Source: an uncultured Spirochaetota bacterium (GTDB taxonomy: Bacteria; Spirochaetota; Spirochaetia; SZUA-6; CAVTHK01). From it: a stretch of DNA of 64,000 bases. The position numbers and the translations under genes are program-made. The notes under the pieces are model-generated. The model was given only the letters and a program-made list of their open reading frames with translations, was not told the origin of the DNA and made no database searches. Shown piece by piece: positions 1 through 9,811 of this stretch (the first letter of the stretch is position 1; each line of letters starts with the position of its first letter). The stretch lies in the NCBI GenBank assembly GCA_963734495.1, contig CAVTHK010000013.1:384001-448000 (forward strand). Direction: 5' to 3'.

Positions 1-107
1 AGCGCGGCCACGCGGCCGGCGGTGCCGCCGCCCGCTACGAGCACGTCGCACTCCAGGCGCACCGGGGTCGACCTCCGCTCCTCGATGCGCTTGCGCGTAT
101 CTGCCAT
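1..107 (-). CDS. FAD-dependent oxidoreductase, N-terminal part (runs off the window edge)
   Basis: Manual translation gives MADTRKRIEERRSTPVRLECDVLVAGGGTAG, a Rossmann GxGxxG motif; AGGAGG RBS upstream. Confidence 0.8.
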   Translation of the reverse strand, partial: MADTRKRIEERRSTPVRLECDVLVAGGGTAGRVAA

Positions 108-254
108 CAGGACCTCCTTGGACGCAGCTCGCGGCGATCATACCTGCGAGGCGCGGCCGTGGGTAGTGGCATTGCCGCGGCGCCGCAGAGGCTGACCGGG
201 CCGGCCAGCGCAAACCTCCGCGAACGAGAGAACGTGTCGATGCGAAGCAGGCGA

Positions 255-1793
255 TCAGCTTTCGACCGGGCTTAACCCCAATTTCTCGACGGTATACACC
301 GACAGCCGCCTCTCCTCGGCGGACAAAGCGTCCTCGAGGCCGCGGTCGTCCTGGTCGACCGGCGAGACGCTGTCCGGAAGGCTCTCCGCGCGGGTTCTGA
401 ACGAAGGATGGGAGTCGAACTCGGTCTCGGTGTAATCGCGAAGATCCGCGACGATCTTCGCGCGCTCCTCCACAAGGGAATTCATCCGGCTGTCCACCGT
501 CTGGAAGAGCTCGTCGGTTTGCTTGAGATCGATGTTGCTCAAGGCCGCCGCGAACAGCGGGCCGTTCACGGAGACCTTCTCCAGCGCGCTGAGGAATGGC
601 TGCCGGCCGTAACGCCGGGCGGCAATCCAGTCGGCCCGCAGCTCCCGACTCCTGCCGAGCATCGAGTCGATCGTGGCGAAGTAGTCGTGGAAGCTCAGCA
701 GGAAGTGGATTGCCGGAAGCTGAAGAATGAATATCGCCGCACCCAGAGTTCCCTGCCCCTGCGTATTCCGCCTGAGCGACATCACGACGCTGCCGATCCC
801 GCGATACACCGGAGACACGAACAGCGAATAGGACGTGTCCTTCCCCGAGAAATGCGCGAACTCGTGCGCGAGCACGGACTTGAGCTCGCCCTCCGTGAGC
901 CCCTTGAGCGAGGGCAACCCCAGCGACAGGATTCTTCCCGAGATTACGCCGTCCATGGTCTCGATCCTGCCCTGCGTGACAAAGAAGCCCGGCTCGGCGT
1001 TCAGGATGATGTGGTCGGCCTTCTGAGTGCCCACATCTGCGGCAACCCCGTCGACGAGCTGCCTGATCTGCGGATGCTCGTGGGAGGCCAGCTCCACGCT
1101 CAAGGTCTTCGCGGGCTCGGGCCGCACGATGCTCCTCACGGCGACGAAGTTCGCCCAGACCGCCAGCAGCGGAGCGAAGAACCCCGCGGCGATCAGAACC
1201 ACGGGTATGCGTGGAATCTGGAAGAGCAGAAAGAGGAAGAGGGCGGAGAACCCGACCGTGATGAAGGACGAGAACACCAGCGTGACAAAGACGAGGGGAA
1301 CGGAGGCCAGCGCCAGGAGTCGAAGAAACGCGGACGCTCTGGGCTCGGCATCGAGCACCGTGTTGCGAACCTGGAAGTCCGCCGCCCTGTTCTTCATGAC
1401 TCCCGAGCGCCAGCGGCGCCACAGGATGAGAGCGACGACGCCCATGCCCAACGCGACCGCAACCTGCAGGACGCCATACACCGCGCCCACGAATCCGTCC
1501 AGCATGCGAATGACCGGGCGCATCTGAAATCCTATCAGGACGAACACGGACAGGACTCCGTTCACGATCCGGTAGCGCCAGCTCTGCGGCAACGAAGAGA
1601 CGAATACCAGCAGGAAAGAGGGAATCGCGACGATCACCAGGAAATACGCGGCGACGAGAGCCAGCCCTTCCGCGCCGGACTTCCGGAACACCACGAGAAG
1701 CAGGTCTCTCGCGGCCACGTAGCAGGCTGACCCGGCAAGCAGTCCGACGACCATCATCGCGATTTCGGATGCTTTGACCTGAGCGTTTTTCAC
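255..1793 (-). CDS. M48 family (HtpX-like) membrane zinc metallopeptidase
   Basis: Several TM segments, then LAHEFAH (HExxH), SRELRAD and DSHPS motifs. Start placed at the GTG after an AAGGGG RBS. Confidence 0.85.
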   Translation of the reverse strand: MKNAQVKASEIAMMVVGLLAGSACYVAARDLLLVVFRKSGAEGLALVAAYFLVIVAIPSFLLVFVSSLPQSWRYRIVNGVLSVFVLIGFQMRPVIRMLDGFVGAVYGVLQVAVALGMGVVALILWRRWRSGVMKNRAADFQVRNTVLDAEPRASAFLRLLALASVPLVFVTLVFSSFITVGFSALFLFLLFQIPRIPVVLIAAGFFAPLLAVWANFVAVRSIVRPEPAKTLSVELASHEHPQIRQLVDGVAADVGTQKADHIILNAEPGFFVTQGRIETMDGVISGRILSLGLPSLKGLTEGELKSVLAHEFAHFSGKDTSYSLFVSPVYRGIGSVVMSLRRNTQGQGTLGAAIFILQLPAIHFLLSFHDYFATIDSMLGRSRELRADWIAARRYGRQPFLSALEKVSVNGPLFAAALSNIDLKQTDELFQTVDSRMNSLVEERAKIVADLRDYTETEFDSHPSFRTRAESLPDSVSPVDQDDRGLEDALSAEERRLSVYTVEKLGLSPVES

Positions 1794-1994
1794 CGAGACC
1801 CCCTTGCCTATCATCATAGCACCGGGCCGGACACACGGCGGTCTCTCTCGCGCGTATTTGCCGCGTGAACGGTAGACCGGACGATGTAGCTCACCGGCCT
1901 TGCCGTGACCCGTCGGACCCGCAGTATCTTGGTCCGGATGCAAGGGGTCGAGTACGAGAGATCTCGTTCCGGACCGCGTGCGATGGGCGGAAGA

Positions 1995-2321
1995 ATGCCG
2001 AACGAAGCATTGGTGCTGGACCTCGTCGAGTGGGTGGCGCGTGGACCCCGCAGGTATGACGAGGTCATGAGGGCCTGGAGGACCACATGCCCCAGGCTGA
2101 CGATATGGGAAGATGCTGTCGACGCCGGTCTTGTAAGCCAATCCGGCACGACGGTTCAAACGACCCCGCTCGGCATGCAGTTCCTACGAGCTCACGGCAG
2201 GCCGACACTGTTCCGTCGCGCACTGATTGAGCGGCGCGGACCCGACGACCATGTTGACCGGGACTCGGCTGATGGCTATCTTTCCAGCGTTGGACCTGCC
2301 CGGATGGCTACCGTCCGCTGA
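1995..2321 (+). CDS. small conserved hypothetical protein (possibly winged-helix-like)
   Basis: Protein-like sequence LVLDLVEWVARGPRRYDEVMRAWRTTCPRLTIWEDAVDAGLV. Confidence 0.6.
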   Translation: MPNEALVLDLVEWVARGPRRYDEVMRAWRTTCPRLTIWEDAVDAGLVSQSGTTVQTTPLGMQFLRAHGRPTLFRRALIERRGPDDHVDRDSADGYLSSVGPARMATVR

Positions 2322-2368
2322 GGTGCGCGAAGGCAACGGCCACGCGCGAGCTGCCGCGGATTACATGG

Positions 2369-2959
2369 ATGCTGCACAGGATCTACTCGGATGCCGGTGC
2401 GCGCATGGACGCATGGGCTCGCGAGCAGGGGTTCGGCTGCCCGTCCGGCTGCGGCACCTGCTGCCAGGGCTACGTGCCCGATTGCTTGCCGGTCGAGGCC
2501 GAGTACCTCGCGCTCTATCTTCTTGCGGAAAAGCCGCAGACCGCGGCGCGCATGCTCGAGCCCTCGGCAGGACCGCGCGCCGGTCCGATGTCCGCTGTAC
2601 GACCCGTCGTCGCCCTTCCACTGTTCGGTGTACCCCGCCCGCCCGCTCGTCTGCCGACTGTTCGCCTTTGCCGGCACCCGCTCCAAGCAGCGGCGATTGG
2701 ACCTTCAGGCTCTGCCGGCACATGCCCGCGCCCGCTGGCGTGGAACGGCGAGCGCGAGATCGGTCAGGCCACCCGCCCGGGCCTCGCGCCGCCGCCGCTG
2801 ATGACCGACGTCGAGGCGGAGGTCGCGGGGATCAGGCCCCTGGACGCGGGGCTGCGCAAGCCGCTCCCCGAAGCCCTGCGCGCCGCGCTGCAGCGGATCC
2901 TGCTGCGGCGATCGCTCACCACGCGCGCTCCCTCTCCTCTACAACGCGAAGCCAGTTGA
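2369..2959 (+). CDS. YkgJ family (CxxxCxxCC) cysteine-cluster protein, frameshifted
   Basis: CPSGCGTCC, then in another frame CPLYD…CSVYPARPLVCRLF. Confidence 0.8.
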   Translation: MLHRIYSDAGARMDAWAREQGFGCPSGCGTCCQGYVPDCLPVEAEYLALYLLAEKPQTAARMLEPSAGPRAGPMSAVRPVVALPLFGVPRPPARLPTVRLCRHPLQAAAIGPSGSAGTCPRPLAWNGEREIGQATRPGLAPPPLMTDVEAEVAGIRPLDAGLRKPLPEALRAALQRILLRRSLTTRAPSPLQREAS

Positions 2960-3110
2960 GCGACGACGCGGCGGGCCGGCGCTGCGGGCCGCGCAGCCGA
3001 ACCTCGAGCCGAAGCAGCCGAAGCTCTTGAGGCGTCCGCCCGCGCCGTCGTAGACTCCCCGGGCCGCGCTCCGCAGTCCCGGCGCGGCCGCGACGGAGCG
3101 TCCCTTGCAG

Positions 3111-4067
3111 GTGAACCTCGGCATCGGCTCCTACACGCTGCGCCTGGGCCATCGGTGTGCGGGGCTTCCCGATGCCCGCCCATCCCCTCGACCCGTTCGG
3201 CCTCGTGGCCGAGGCGGACCGCCTGCGCGTCGACGTCGTGCAGATCTGCGACAACCTCCCCCTCGCACCAGATGTCCGCGGCGGAAGTCAACCGCCTGCG
3301 CGGTCGGGCCGATGCCGCCGGGCCTGAGCGTCGAAGTCGGGCACCCGCGGCACCGAGCCCGAGCTCCTGGCGAGGTACCTGTCCGTGGCCGAGGCGCTGG
3401 GCTCTCGCGTGCTGCGCACGCTGGTCTCCGTCGATCCCGCAGGCCGCCCGCGCGTGGCCGAAGCCGAGCGCGCGATCCGCGGCCTGCTCCCGGACCTCGA
3501 GCGCCGCGGAAGCTCACGCTGCTGCTCGAGAACTACGAGCACATGCGGGCGGCCGAGCTGCGGGCGCTCGTGGACCGCATCGGCAGCGGCTGTGTGCGCG
3601 TCTGCCTGGACCCCGTCAACAACTTCGGCATCGGCGAGGACCAGCAGAGGGTCCTCGACACGCTCGGTCCGGTGATCGGATGCCTGCATCTCAAGGACTT
3701 CCGGATCGACCGCGCGGACGACAGGCTGGGCTTCGTGCTTCGGGGCGCGCCGACCGGCGAGGGCCTGCTCGACGTCGCGGGGCTGGTCGCCCGCGCCACC
3801 CTCGCCGCCGCCGAGGCGCCCATCGCGCAGGAGTCGCTGTCGGCGGTCATCGAGCTCTGGACGCCGTGGCAGGGCACCATCGAAGCCAGCGTCGCGCTCG
3901 AGCGCACGTGGGCGGAGCAGAGCGTCGCGAACATGCGAAGGGTGCTGCCGCCGCCACGGCGCCTGAAGGGACCAGGCAGTCCCGTTCTTTGCGCGTCTTC
4001 GCGATCTCTGCTACGTTTGCGCGGCAGGCCCCCCGAGGACAGGGGGTTACGAGACGCCAGGTCATAG
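3111..4067 (+). CDS. sugar phosphate isomerase/epimerase (AP endonuclease 2 TIM barrel), frameshifted
   Basis: GIGSYT…VQICDN…LLENYE…VCLDPVN…LHLKDF…VIELW motifs across frames; end uncertain. Confidence 0.8.
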   Translation: MNLGIGSYTLRLGHRCAGLPDARPSPRPVRPRGRGGPPARRRRADLRQPPPRTRCPRRKSTACAVGPMPPGLSVEVGHPRHRARAPGEVPVRGRGAGLSRAAHAGLRRSRRPPARGRSRARDPRPAPGPRAPRKLTLLLENYEHMRAAELRALVDRIGSGCVRVCLDPVNNFGIGEDQQRVLDTLGPVIGCLHLKDFRIDRADDRLGFVLRGAPTGEGLLDVAGLVARATLAAAEAPIAQESLSAVIELWTPWQGTIEASVALERTWAEQSVANMRRVLPPPRRLKGPGSPVLCASSRSLLRLRGRPPEDRGLRDARS

Positions 4068-4075
4068 GAGCCAGC

Positions 4076-6158
4076 ATGAGCAGCGAGACAGTTCTCCTGG
4101 ACGACGATTTCGGCGCGTTCGAGGTCGGTCCATTCTCGGCCGACGTCGGGCCGCACACCGAGTACCACTTCCTGCCCGAGGCGGCGCCGCGCCACGGCTG
4201 GTCGGTGGCCTGCTTCGGCTCCGGCTGGGAGACGGGCGCCGGCCGGGCGTGGGTCGTCGCCGCGGACAAGGGCCGCAAGGTGATGCGCCAGACCCACGCC
4301 AATCGAGCGGAGACATACCCACCCGATGGTGGCGAGCGGCGATTTCCTCTGGAACGACTACACGCTGGTGGTGCGTTTCGCCCCGGGCGCACCCGCCACC
4401 ACCGGCACGCAAGGCCCATCCGGCGCTTCCGCCGCGTCCGCGCCGCCTGCCCGCTGCGGCGTCGTGTTCCGCTACCACAACAACCGCTGCTACACCTTCT
4501 TCGGCTTCGACGGCCCGAACCGCGTCGTGATCCGCGTCGTCAACCACGAGAAAGCCTTCCAGACCCCCGACGAGCGCGAGCTGGGGAGCGCGGCCTTCGC
4601 GTGGGCGCCGGGCCGCGAGTACACGGCGACCGTGCGCCTCCGCGGGAAGCGCATCCGCGCCGAGATCGCGCTGGTCGCGCCGGCCGCGTACTCCACCACC
4701 GCGCCTTCGCTTTCGTGCGTGCTCGAAGCCGAAGACGCCACCTGGCCGCGCGGCAAGGTCGCGCTGCTCTCCGACTTCCCCGCCGACTTCTTCTCCGTGC
4801 GCGTCACGGCCGCCCCCGGCCGCGGCGCGCGCCGTCGCGCAGGCCCGCTCCAAGGCCGAGCGCGAGCTCGCGGATCTCCGCGCCGCGCAGCCGAAGCCCG
4901 TGCTGTGGAAGAAGCTCAAGACCCCCGGCTTCGGCGTCGGCCGCAACCTGCGCTTCGGCGACGTGAACGGCGACGGGAAGCTCGAGATCGTCGTCGGCCA
5001 GATGAACCACCACGGCGTCCACGACGACTACAGCGAAGTCGGCTGCATCACGGCCATGACCTTCGACGGCGACGTCCTCTGGCAGAGCGGGACGCCCGAC
5101 CCGGCGAAGTACGCGCTCACCAACGACGTCGGCTTCCAGGTTCACGACATCGACGGCGACGGCAGCGCCGAAGTGATCTACTGCCGCGACTTCGAGCTCG
5201 TGCATCGCCGACGGCCGCACGGGCAAGGTCCGCAACAAGGTGCCCGACGCCCGAGAGCAAGCCGCCCGCCACGCGCTACCCGCGCATCCTCGGCGACTGC
5301 CTCTTCTTCTGCGACATCAGCGGCAAGGGCCGCGCGACGGACATCCTCATCAAGGACCGCTACTGGCACTTCTGGATGCTCGACGAGCACCTTCGAACCT
5401 TTATGGTCCGGCGACTGCCGGACGGGCCACTACCCGTTCGCCTTCGACGTCGACGGCGACGGGCGCGACGAGATCGCGATCGGCTACTCGCTGTGGGACC
5501 ACGACGGCCGCATGCTCTGGAACCTCGAGGACCAGATCCAGGATCACGCCGACGGCGTCGCCATCGTCGACTTCCACGAGAAGCGCGGCTCGCAGCCCAA
5601 GGTCCTCTACACCGCCAGCGACTCCGGCTTCCTGCATGGTGAGCCTCGACGGCCGCATCCTCAAGCATCACCGCGTCGGCCACGTGCAGAACCCGGCCAT
5701 CGCGAAGCTGCGCCCGAACCTCCCCGGGCTGCAGGTCGTCTCCATCAACTTCTGGGGCAACCAGGGGATCCTGCACTTCTGGGACGGCGCGGGCGACATG
5801 CTCGGCGACGCTCGAGCCGCTGAACATGGGCAGCATGTGCCTCCCCGTCAACTGGACCGGCGACGGGGTCGAGCTCTTCTGCCACAACCCCAACCCGAAG
5901 TGGGGCGGCCTCTACGACGGCTGGGGCAGGCCCGTGGTGCAGTTCCCCGACGACGGCCACCCCGACATGGCCAACGCCGTGCTCGACCTCACCGGCGACT
6001 GCCGCGACGAGATCGTGGTCTGGAACCCGCGCGAGCTCTGGGTCTACACGCAGGACGACTCGCCGAAGCGCGGCCGTCTCTACAAGCCGACGCGCAACCC
6101 GCTGTACAACTACAGCAACTACCAGGCGACCGTCTCGCTCCCCGGCTGGAGCGAGTAG
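4076..6158 (+). CDS. FG-GAP/DxDGDG-repeat beta-propeller protein (rhamnogalacturonan lyase PL11-like) with an N-terminal beta-sandwich, multiply frameshifted
   Basis: Repeats GDVNGDGKLEIV, HDIDGDGSAEVI, FDVDGDGRDEIA, LDLTGDCRDEIV; AGGAG RBS before ATG 4076. Confidence 0.75.
6031..6094 (+). repeat. copy 1 of a ~64-bp imperfect direct repeat (3' part of the FG-GAP gene)
   Basis: Aligns ungapped to 10963-11026 with about 12 mismatches in 64 nt (manual count). Confidence 0.8.
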
Positions 6159-6463
6159 CGCGGGCTCTGGTGGGGGAAAGCCTTCCCCCTGGGCCGAGCC
6201 CGGCGCATCCGTCGCATCACGCCGACGGCGCCGCAGCAGGCACGCGCCGGTCTCAGCCCACCCCCTTCTCCTGGGGGCGCCTCGTCGGCGCCCCCAAGCC
6301 CCCGCCCGCCTCCAAGCGGTTGACGCGATCCCGGCCGGGGCCGCGCAGATCACAGTCCCATACAGGGTGGCGGCGATCGTGCATGCGTGATGCAGGCCCC
6401 CGTGCCCGCAAGGCACCCCAGGCAGGCCTCCTCGCGCCTAAATGCCGGCCTGCCTGGGACCTC

Positions 6464-7420
6464 CTATGGCTGCAGCAGCGGCTCTACCCACTTCACGCGA
6501 AAGGCGCCGTCCGAGATCGAATGCGGTGTGCGAGCTGCATTGTCCTCTCGAACGGTGGCGGAGAATGTGCCCTCGATGACGCCGCCAAGTCCCTCGGCCT
6601 TGGTTACTGTCACCGTGCCAGTGCCCAGCTCGCCGTCTTTGAACATGATCGCATAGCCGATGTCCGGCGTTCCATACGAGACATCATGAAGGCCCGAGTA
6701 TCCGTCAACGAAATCGTATGTGGTACCAGCAACTGGTTGACCGATGATCGCGATGCCCAGGCCAAGACTGGGGTCAAATGTGTCCATCGGCAGGCCTGCC
6801 GGAAGCGACATCATGACCATTCTGTCGATCACTCCTCGATTGCTCGGCCACGCTTCCATGAACCCAAAGGGAATGTTTCCCCACGGCGCGTCGAGAACAC
6901 CCTCGGCGAATGTGAAGGGAGTGCCGTCGAACTTGAACGAAATCAAGTACTCCGCCTCGCCGCCTCCTCCTTCCCCAGGCTTCACGTTGATCGCGCCGAT
7001 GCCGCCGGGCACGATGTCGATCACCGTGATCATCATGGCCTGGATGTTGAAGGTGGCGTTCTCCGCGACTTGCACTGTTACGCCGTTGTTGCTGCCGATG
7101 TGAGTCACCTCGATGTCGTATTCTCCCTGCTGCTGCACGGGTACCACGTAGCTCTTCGGGCCTTGGGCGACCTGCCAGTCGATGGTCTGCAGCACCGCAT
7201 CGTCAGGATCCCGCACTTCGATGGCCAGAGCTGTGACCGGGCACTCGTTGACCGTGATCGCTTTTGGCGCAGTCGGAGCACGAACGTTCAGGCGGATGTA
7301 CCATCCGTTACCCGCCGGCTGACCCCCGCGGTCGTTTGTCTGAAGCGCGCAACCAGGCAGCATGAGAAGCGCCAGCACCGCGATGACGCCTACCAACGAA
7401 ATTCTTCTGATTCGTGACAT
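6464..7420 (-). CDS. putative lipoprotein, two domains joined by a GEGGGGE linker
   Basis: Basic N-terminus, hydrophobic stretch and lipobox-like LPGC; AAGGAGG RBS; intact ORF. Confidence 0.75.
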   Translation of the reverse strand: MSRIRRISLVGVIAVLALLMLPGCALQTNDRGGQPAGNGWYIRLNVRAPTAPKAITVNECPVTALAIEVRDPDDAVLQTIDWQVAQGPKSYVVPVQQQGEYDIEVTHIGSNNGVTVQVAENATFNIQAMMITVIDIVPGGIGAINVKPGEGGGGEAEYLISFKFDGTPFTFAEGVLDAPWGNIPFGFMEAWPSNRGVIDRMVMMSLPAGLPMDTFDPSLGLGIAIIGQPVAGTTYDFVDGYSGLHDVSYGTPDIGYAIMFKDGELGTGTVTVTKAEGLGGVIEGTFSATVREDNAARTPHSISDGAFRVKWVEPLLQP

Positions 7421-7559
7421 TCTCATTCCTCCTTGCGTCCATCTGCCGACAAGCCTCAGCGGAGGCTCCAGGCGGAGCCCGTGCGAGATTGGACGCAAGG
7501 GGCCGCCCGGCACCCAAACGCTCGCGAAGTGCATCTCCTCCTGCCATGAGAGTATGGAC

Positions 7560-7576
7560 AGCAACGGGCGTGCCAG
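7560..7576 (-). promoter_or_regulatory. sigma54 (-24/-12) promoter of the lipoprotein gene
   Basis: Minus strand CTGGCACGCCCGTTGCT matches TGGCAC-N5-TTGC perfectly; palindrome GGTATCACGTGAAACC at 7640-7655 is a candidate enhancer. Confidence 0.75.
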
Positions 7577-7790
7577 ATGCGCGCCCAGCAGGCCGTCGAT
7601 GAGATGGAGGTCGACTATTCCTCTGGCAGGCAGAGAGTTGGTATCACGTGAAACCGACCCGAGCGTTGATGCTCGCAGAACCGCCGAGTCCTGGATGATC
7701 TGCAACTCCGGTTGCAGGACTGCAAGAAGTGGCCGATCGACGCGGGGTCAGCCGCGGCAGCACAATCGGCAACTGACGCCGCAGAGATCC

Positions 7791-8693
7791 TCATGCAGGA
7801 CCGCCGTTGGCGCCAGCCGTCCACGCGATGCGCAGGTCGCGCAGACCTACGGTCCCGATCGCCACCGCGCCCAGGCGCCCCGATGCGTACGCGCGGGCGG
7901 CTACTCGGACGAGACCATCCGCCGGCCTGAGATCAATGGGCAATGCCAGGCTGAGCAGAAAGCCTTCGACGTCCAGCAAGCCGAGCAGCCGCCCCTCCCA
8001 GTCGCCGCCGTCTGCCAGCCGCTGGAAGGACGCTGCAAGAGGCCCGGGGCCCAGGGGAAGGTCACTGACCGTCGCTCGCTGAAAGTAGCTCGTGAAGAGC
8101 CGCATCCGGTGCTCCCGGCGCTCGGCCGGCGTCCGCGCCCGGACATGAGATGGTCCGGGGATGCCCACGAGTCGCTGTCCGGGGCCGTCGTTGTCATCTG
8201 CGCGTTCCAGGCCCTCAGACCAGGGCCCGCGACCAATGACCACCAGCACCTCGGGATGCAGCGAGCGCACCGCCTCCCGCTGGAAATGCCGTCCCGCCGC
8301 CCCGTCAACGAACCCCGAGGAATCAACGACCACCGCGTCGCAGGCGGCGCTCCTCGCTGCGGCGGCCAGGCGGGTCATCGCCTTCAAGCTCGTCAACGGA
8401 TGGTCGGCGGGAGACACGCTGCCGGCGAAGCAGAGCTGGTCGCGTGCCTGCCCCGTGGCGCGATCGTAAATGCGCAAGCCGATCGTGGCGGGGGGGCCCA
8501 CGGTCGACTGGCCCGGATCACAGTCCAGATAGCCGACGGTCCGATCGACCCCAAGCTGCTGCACCAGGTGGCGGGCGAGCGTCGTCTTGCCGGTGTCGCT
8601 GCGTCCCACGACGTATGCGGTCACGGGCCTCGGGGCGGCGGCGATCGCCGCAAGCACGCCGTCCCACGAACGCTCCGGTACGATCGATTCCAT
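7791..8693 (-). CDS. clp1: Clp1/Nol9/Grc3 family polynucleotide 5'-hydroxyl kinase
   Basis: Walker A GRSDTGKTT, Walker B-like LDCDPGQSTVGPP, FAGSVSP, VVDSSGFV and lid RTPAERREHR. Confidence 0.85.
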   Translation of the reverse strand: MESIVPERSWDGVLAAIAAAPRPVTAYVVGRSDTGKTTLARHLVQQLGVDRTVGYLDCDPGQSTVGPPATIGLRIYDRATGQARDQLCFAGSVSPADHPLTSLKAMTRLAAAARSAACDAVVVDSSGFVDGAAGRHFQREAVRSLHPEVLVVIGRGPWSEGLERADDNDGPGQRLVGIPGPSHVRARTPAERREHRMRLFTSYFQRATVSDLPLGPGPLAASFQRLADGGDWEGRLLGLLDVEGFLLSLALPIDLRPADGLVRVAARAYASGRLGAVAIGTVGLRDLRIAWTAGANGGPA

Positions 8694-8817
8694 GCAGGCT
8701 CATCGTACCACGGCAAACCCGGCTCCTGCCCGTCGCCGCGAGCGCCGCGCAAGAGCCGACGGGCCGAACTACTACTCCGGTCCGAGCTGTTGTTATCTTT
8801 GCACCGGGGCGAATGCG

Positions 8818-9732
8818 ATGTTGAGCATCCGGGCTCGCGCGGTGCGGGTCCTTGTCAGCTCAGGCGTCAGGTCGCTGCGAAGCCTGCCGATAGACCAGAG
8901 GCGTACGCGCGTTGAGCGGCTGGCCGCCAGGTTCAGGCCTCCCAGGGGGACGGCGGCGACGCCTCTCGAGGCGCCCGGACTCAGCGGGGAATGGGTCAGC
9001 GTGCCGGAATCCTGCGCGAATCGCGTAATCCTCTACCTTCATGGCGGGGCTTTCTGCGTAGGCTCGCCTTCCAGCCACCGAAAGCTCGTTGCCCAGATCT
9101 GCGCCCAGAGCCGGGCGCGGGCGCTTTCTCTGGATTACCGCCTCGCGCCGGAAAACCCTTTCCCCGCCGCGCTCGAGGATGCGGTGGGAGCCTATCGCTA
9201 CTTGCGCGGAAGCGGGATCGCACCCGAGCGCATCGCCTTTGCGGGAGATTCCGCCGGCGGCAACATCGTACTGGCCTCGCTCATCATGCTGCGAGACGCG
9301 GGCGAACCGCTCCCGGCTGCCGCGGTGTGCCTCTCTCCACCCACCGACTTCACGGCCGCCAGCGAATCGTTGACGAACCGGGCACGTCTCGATCCCCTGC
9401 TCAGGCTGGAGACCCTGATCCCGATGCTGCGCGCCTACGTGGGCAGCGCTCAGCCCAGCAACCCGCTGCTCTCCCCGCTGCTGGGGGACCTGCGCGGCCT
9501 GCCGCCGCTTCTCATCCAGGTCGGAAGCCGGGAGATCCTGCACGATGACTCTCTGCGCTTCGCTCTCAAGGCGAAAGAAGCAAAGGTGGACGTCACCCTG
9601 GAAGTCGGGAAGGATCTCTGGCACGTGTGGCACGCGGCTGCCCCCTTTGTGCCCGAGGCGAAGACAGCGGTCGCCAGGATCGGTCGGTTCCTGCGCGAGC
9701 GGATCCCGGACGAGCCCTTCCCCGCCGCGTGA
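8818..9732 (+). CDS. alpha/beta hydrolase (HSL-family esterase)
   Basis: YLHGGAF, DYRLAPE, GDSAGG and WHVWH motifs. Confidence 0.92.
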   Translation: MLSIRARAVRVLVSSGVRSLRSLPIDQRRTRVERLAARFRPPRGTAATPLEAPGLSGEWVSVPESCANRVILYLHGGAFCVGSPSSHRKLVAQICAQSRARALSLDYRLAPENPFPAALEDAVGAYRYLRGSGIAPERIAFAGDSAGGNIVLASLIMLRDAGEPLPAAAVCLSPPTDFTAASESLTNRARLDPLLRLETLIPMLRAYVGSAQPSNPLLSPLLGDLRGLPPLLIQVGSREILHDDSLRFALKAKEAKVDVTLEVGKDLWHVWHAAAPFVPEAKTAVARIGRFLRERIPDEPFPAA

Positions 9733-9811
9733 CGGGATGCCGCGCAGCCTCGCGGCCAGACCTCTTCCGCAGCGGAATCGATGTCTGCACCGGCCAACGG
9801 CACGGCGCGGC

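Noticed and set aside
6160-6460. GC-rich hairpins as a possible ncRNA or REP element
   Set aside because: No second copy or recognisable RNA family motif was seen, and short stems are expected at this GC content.
7530-7546. Second sigma54-like box TGGCA-N8-TGCA upstream of the lipoprotein
   Set aside because: The spacing is one base too long, and a perfect box exists at 7560-7576.
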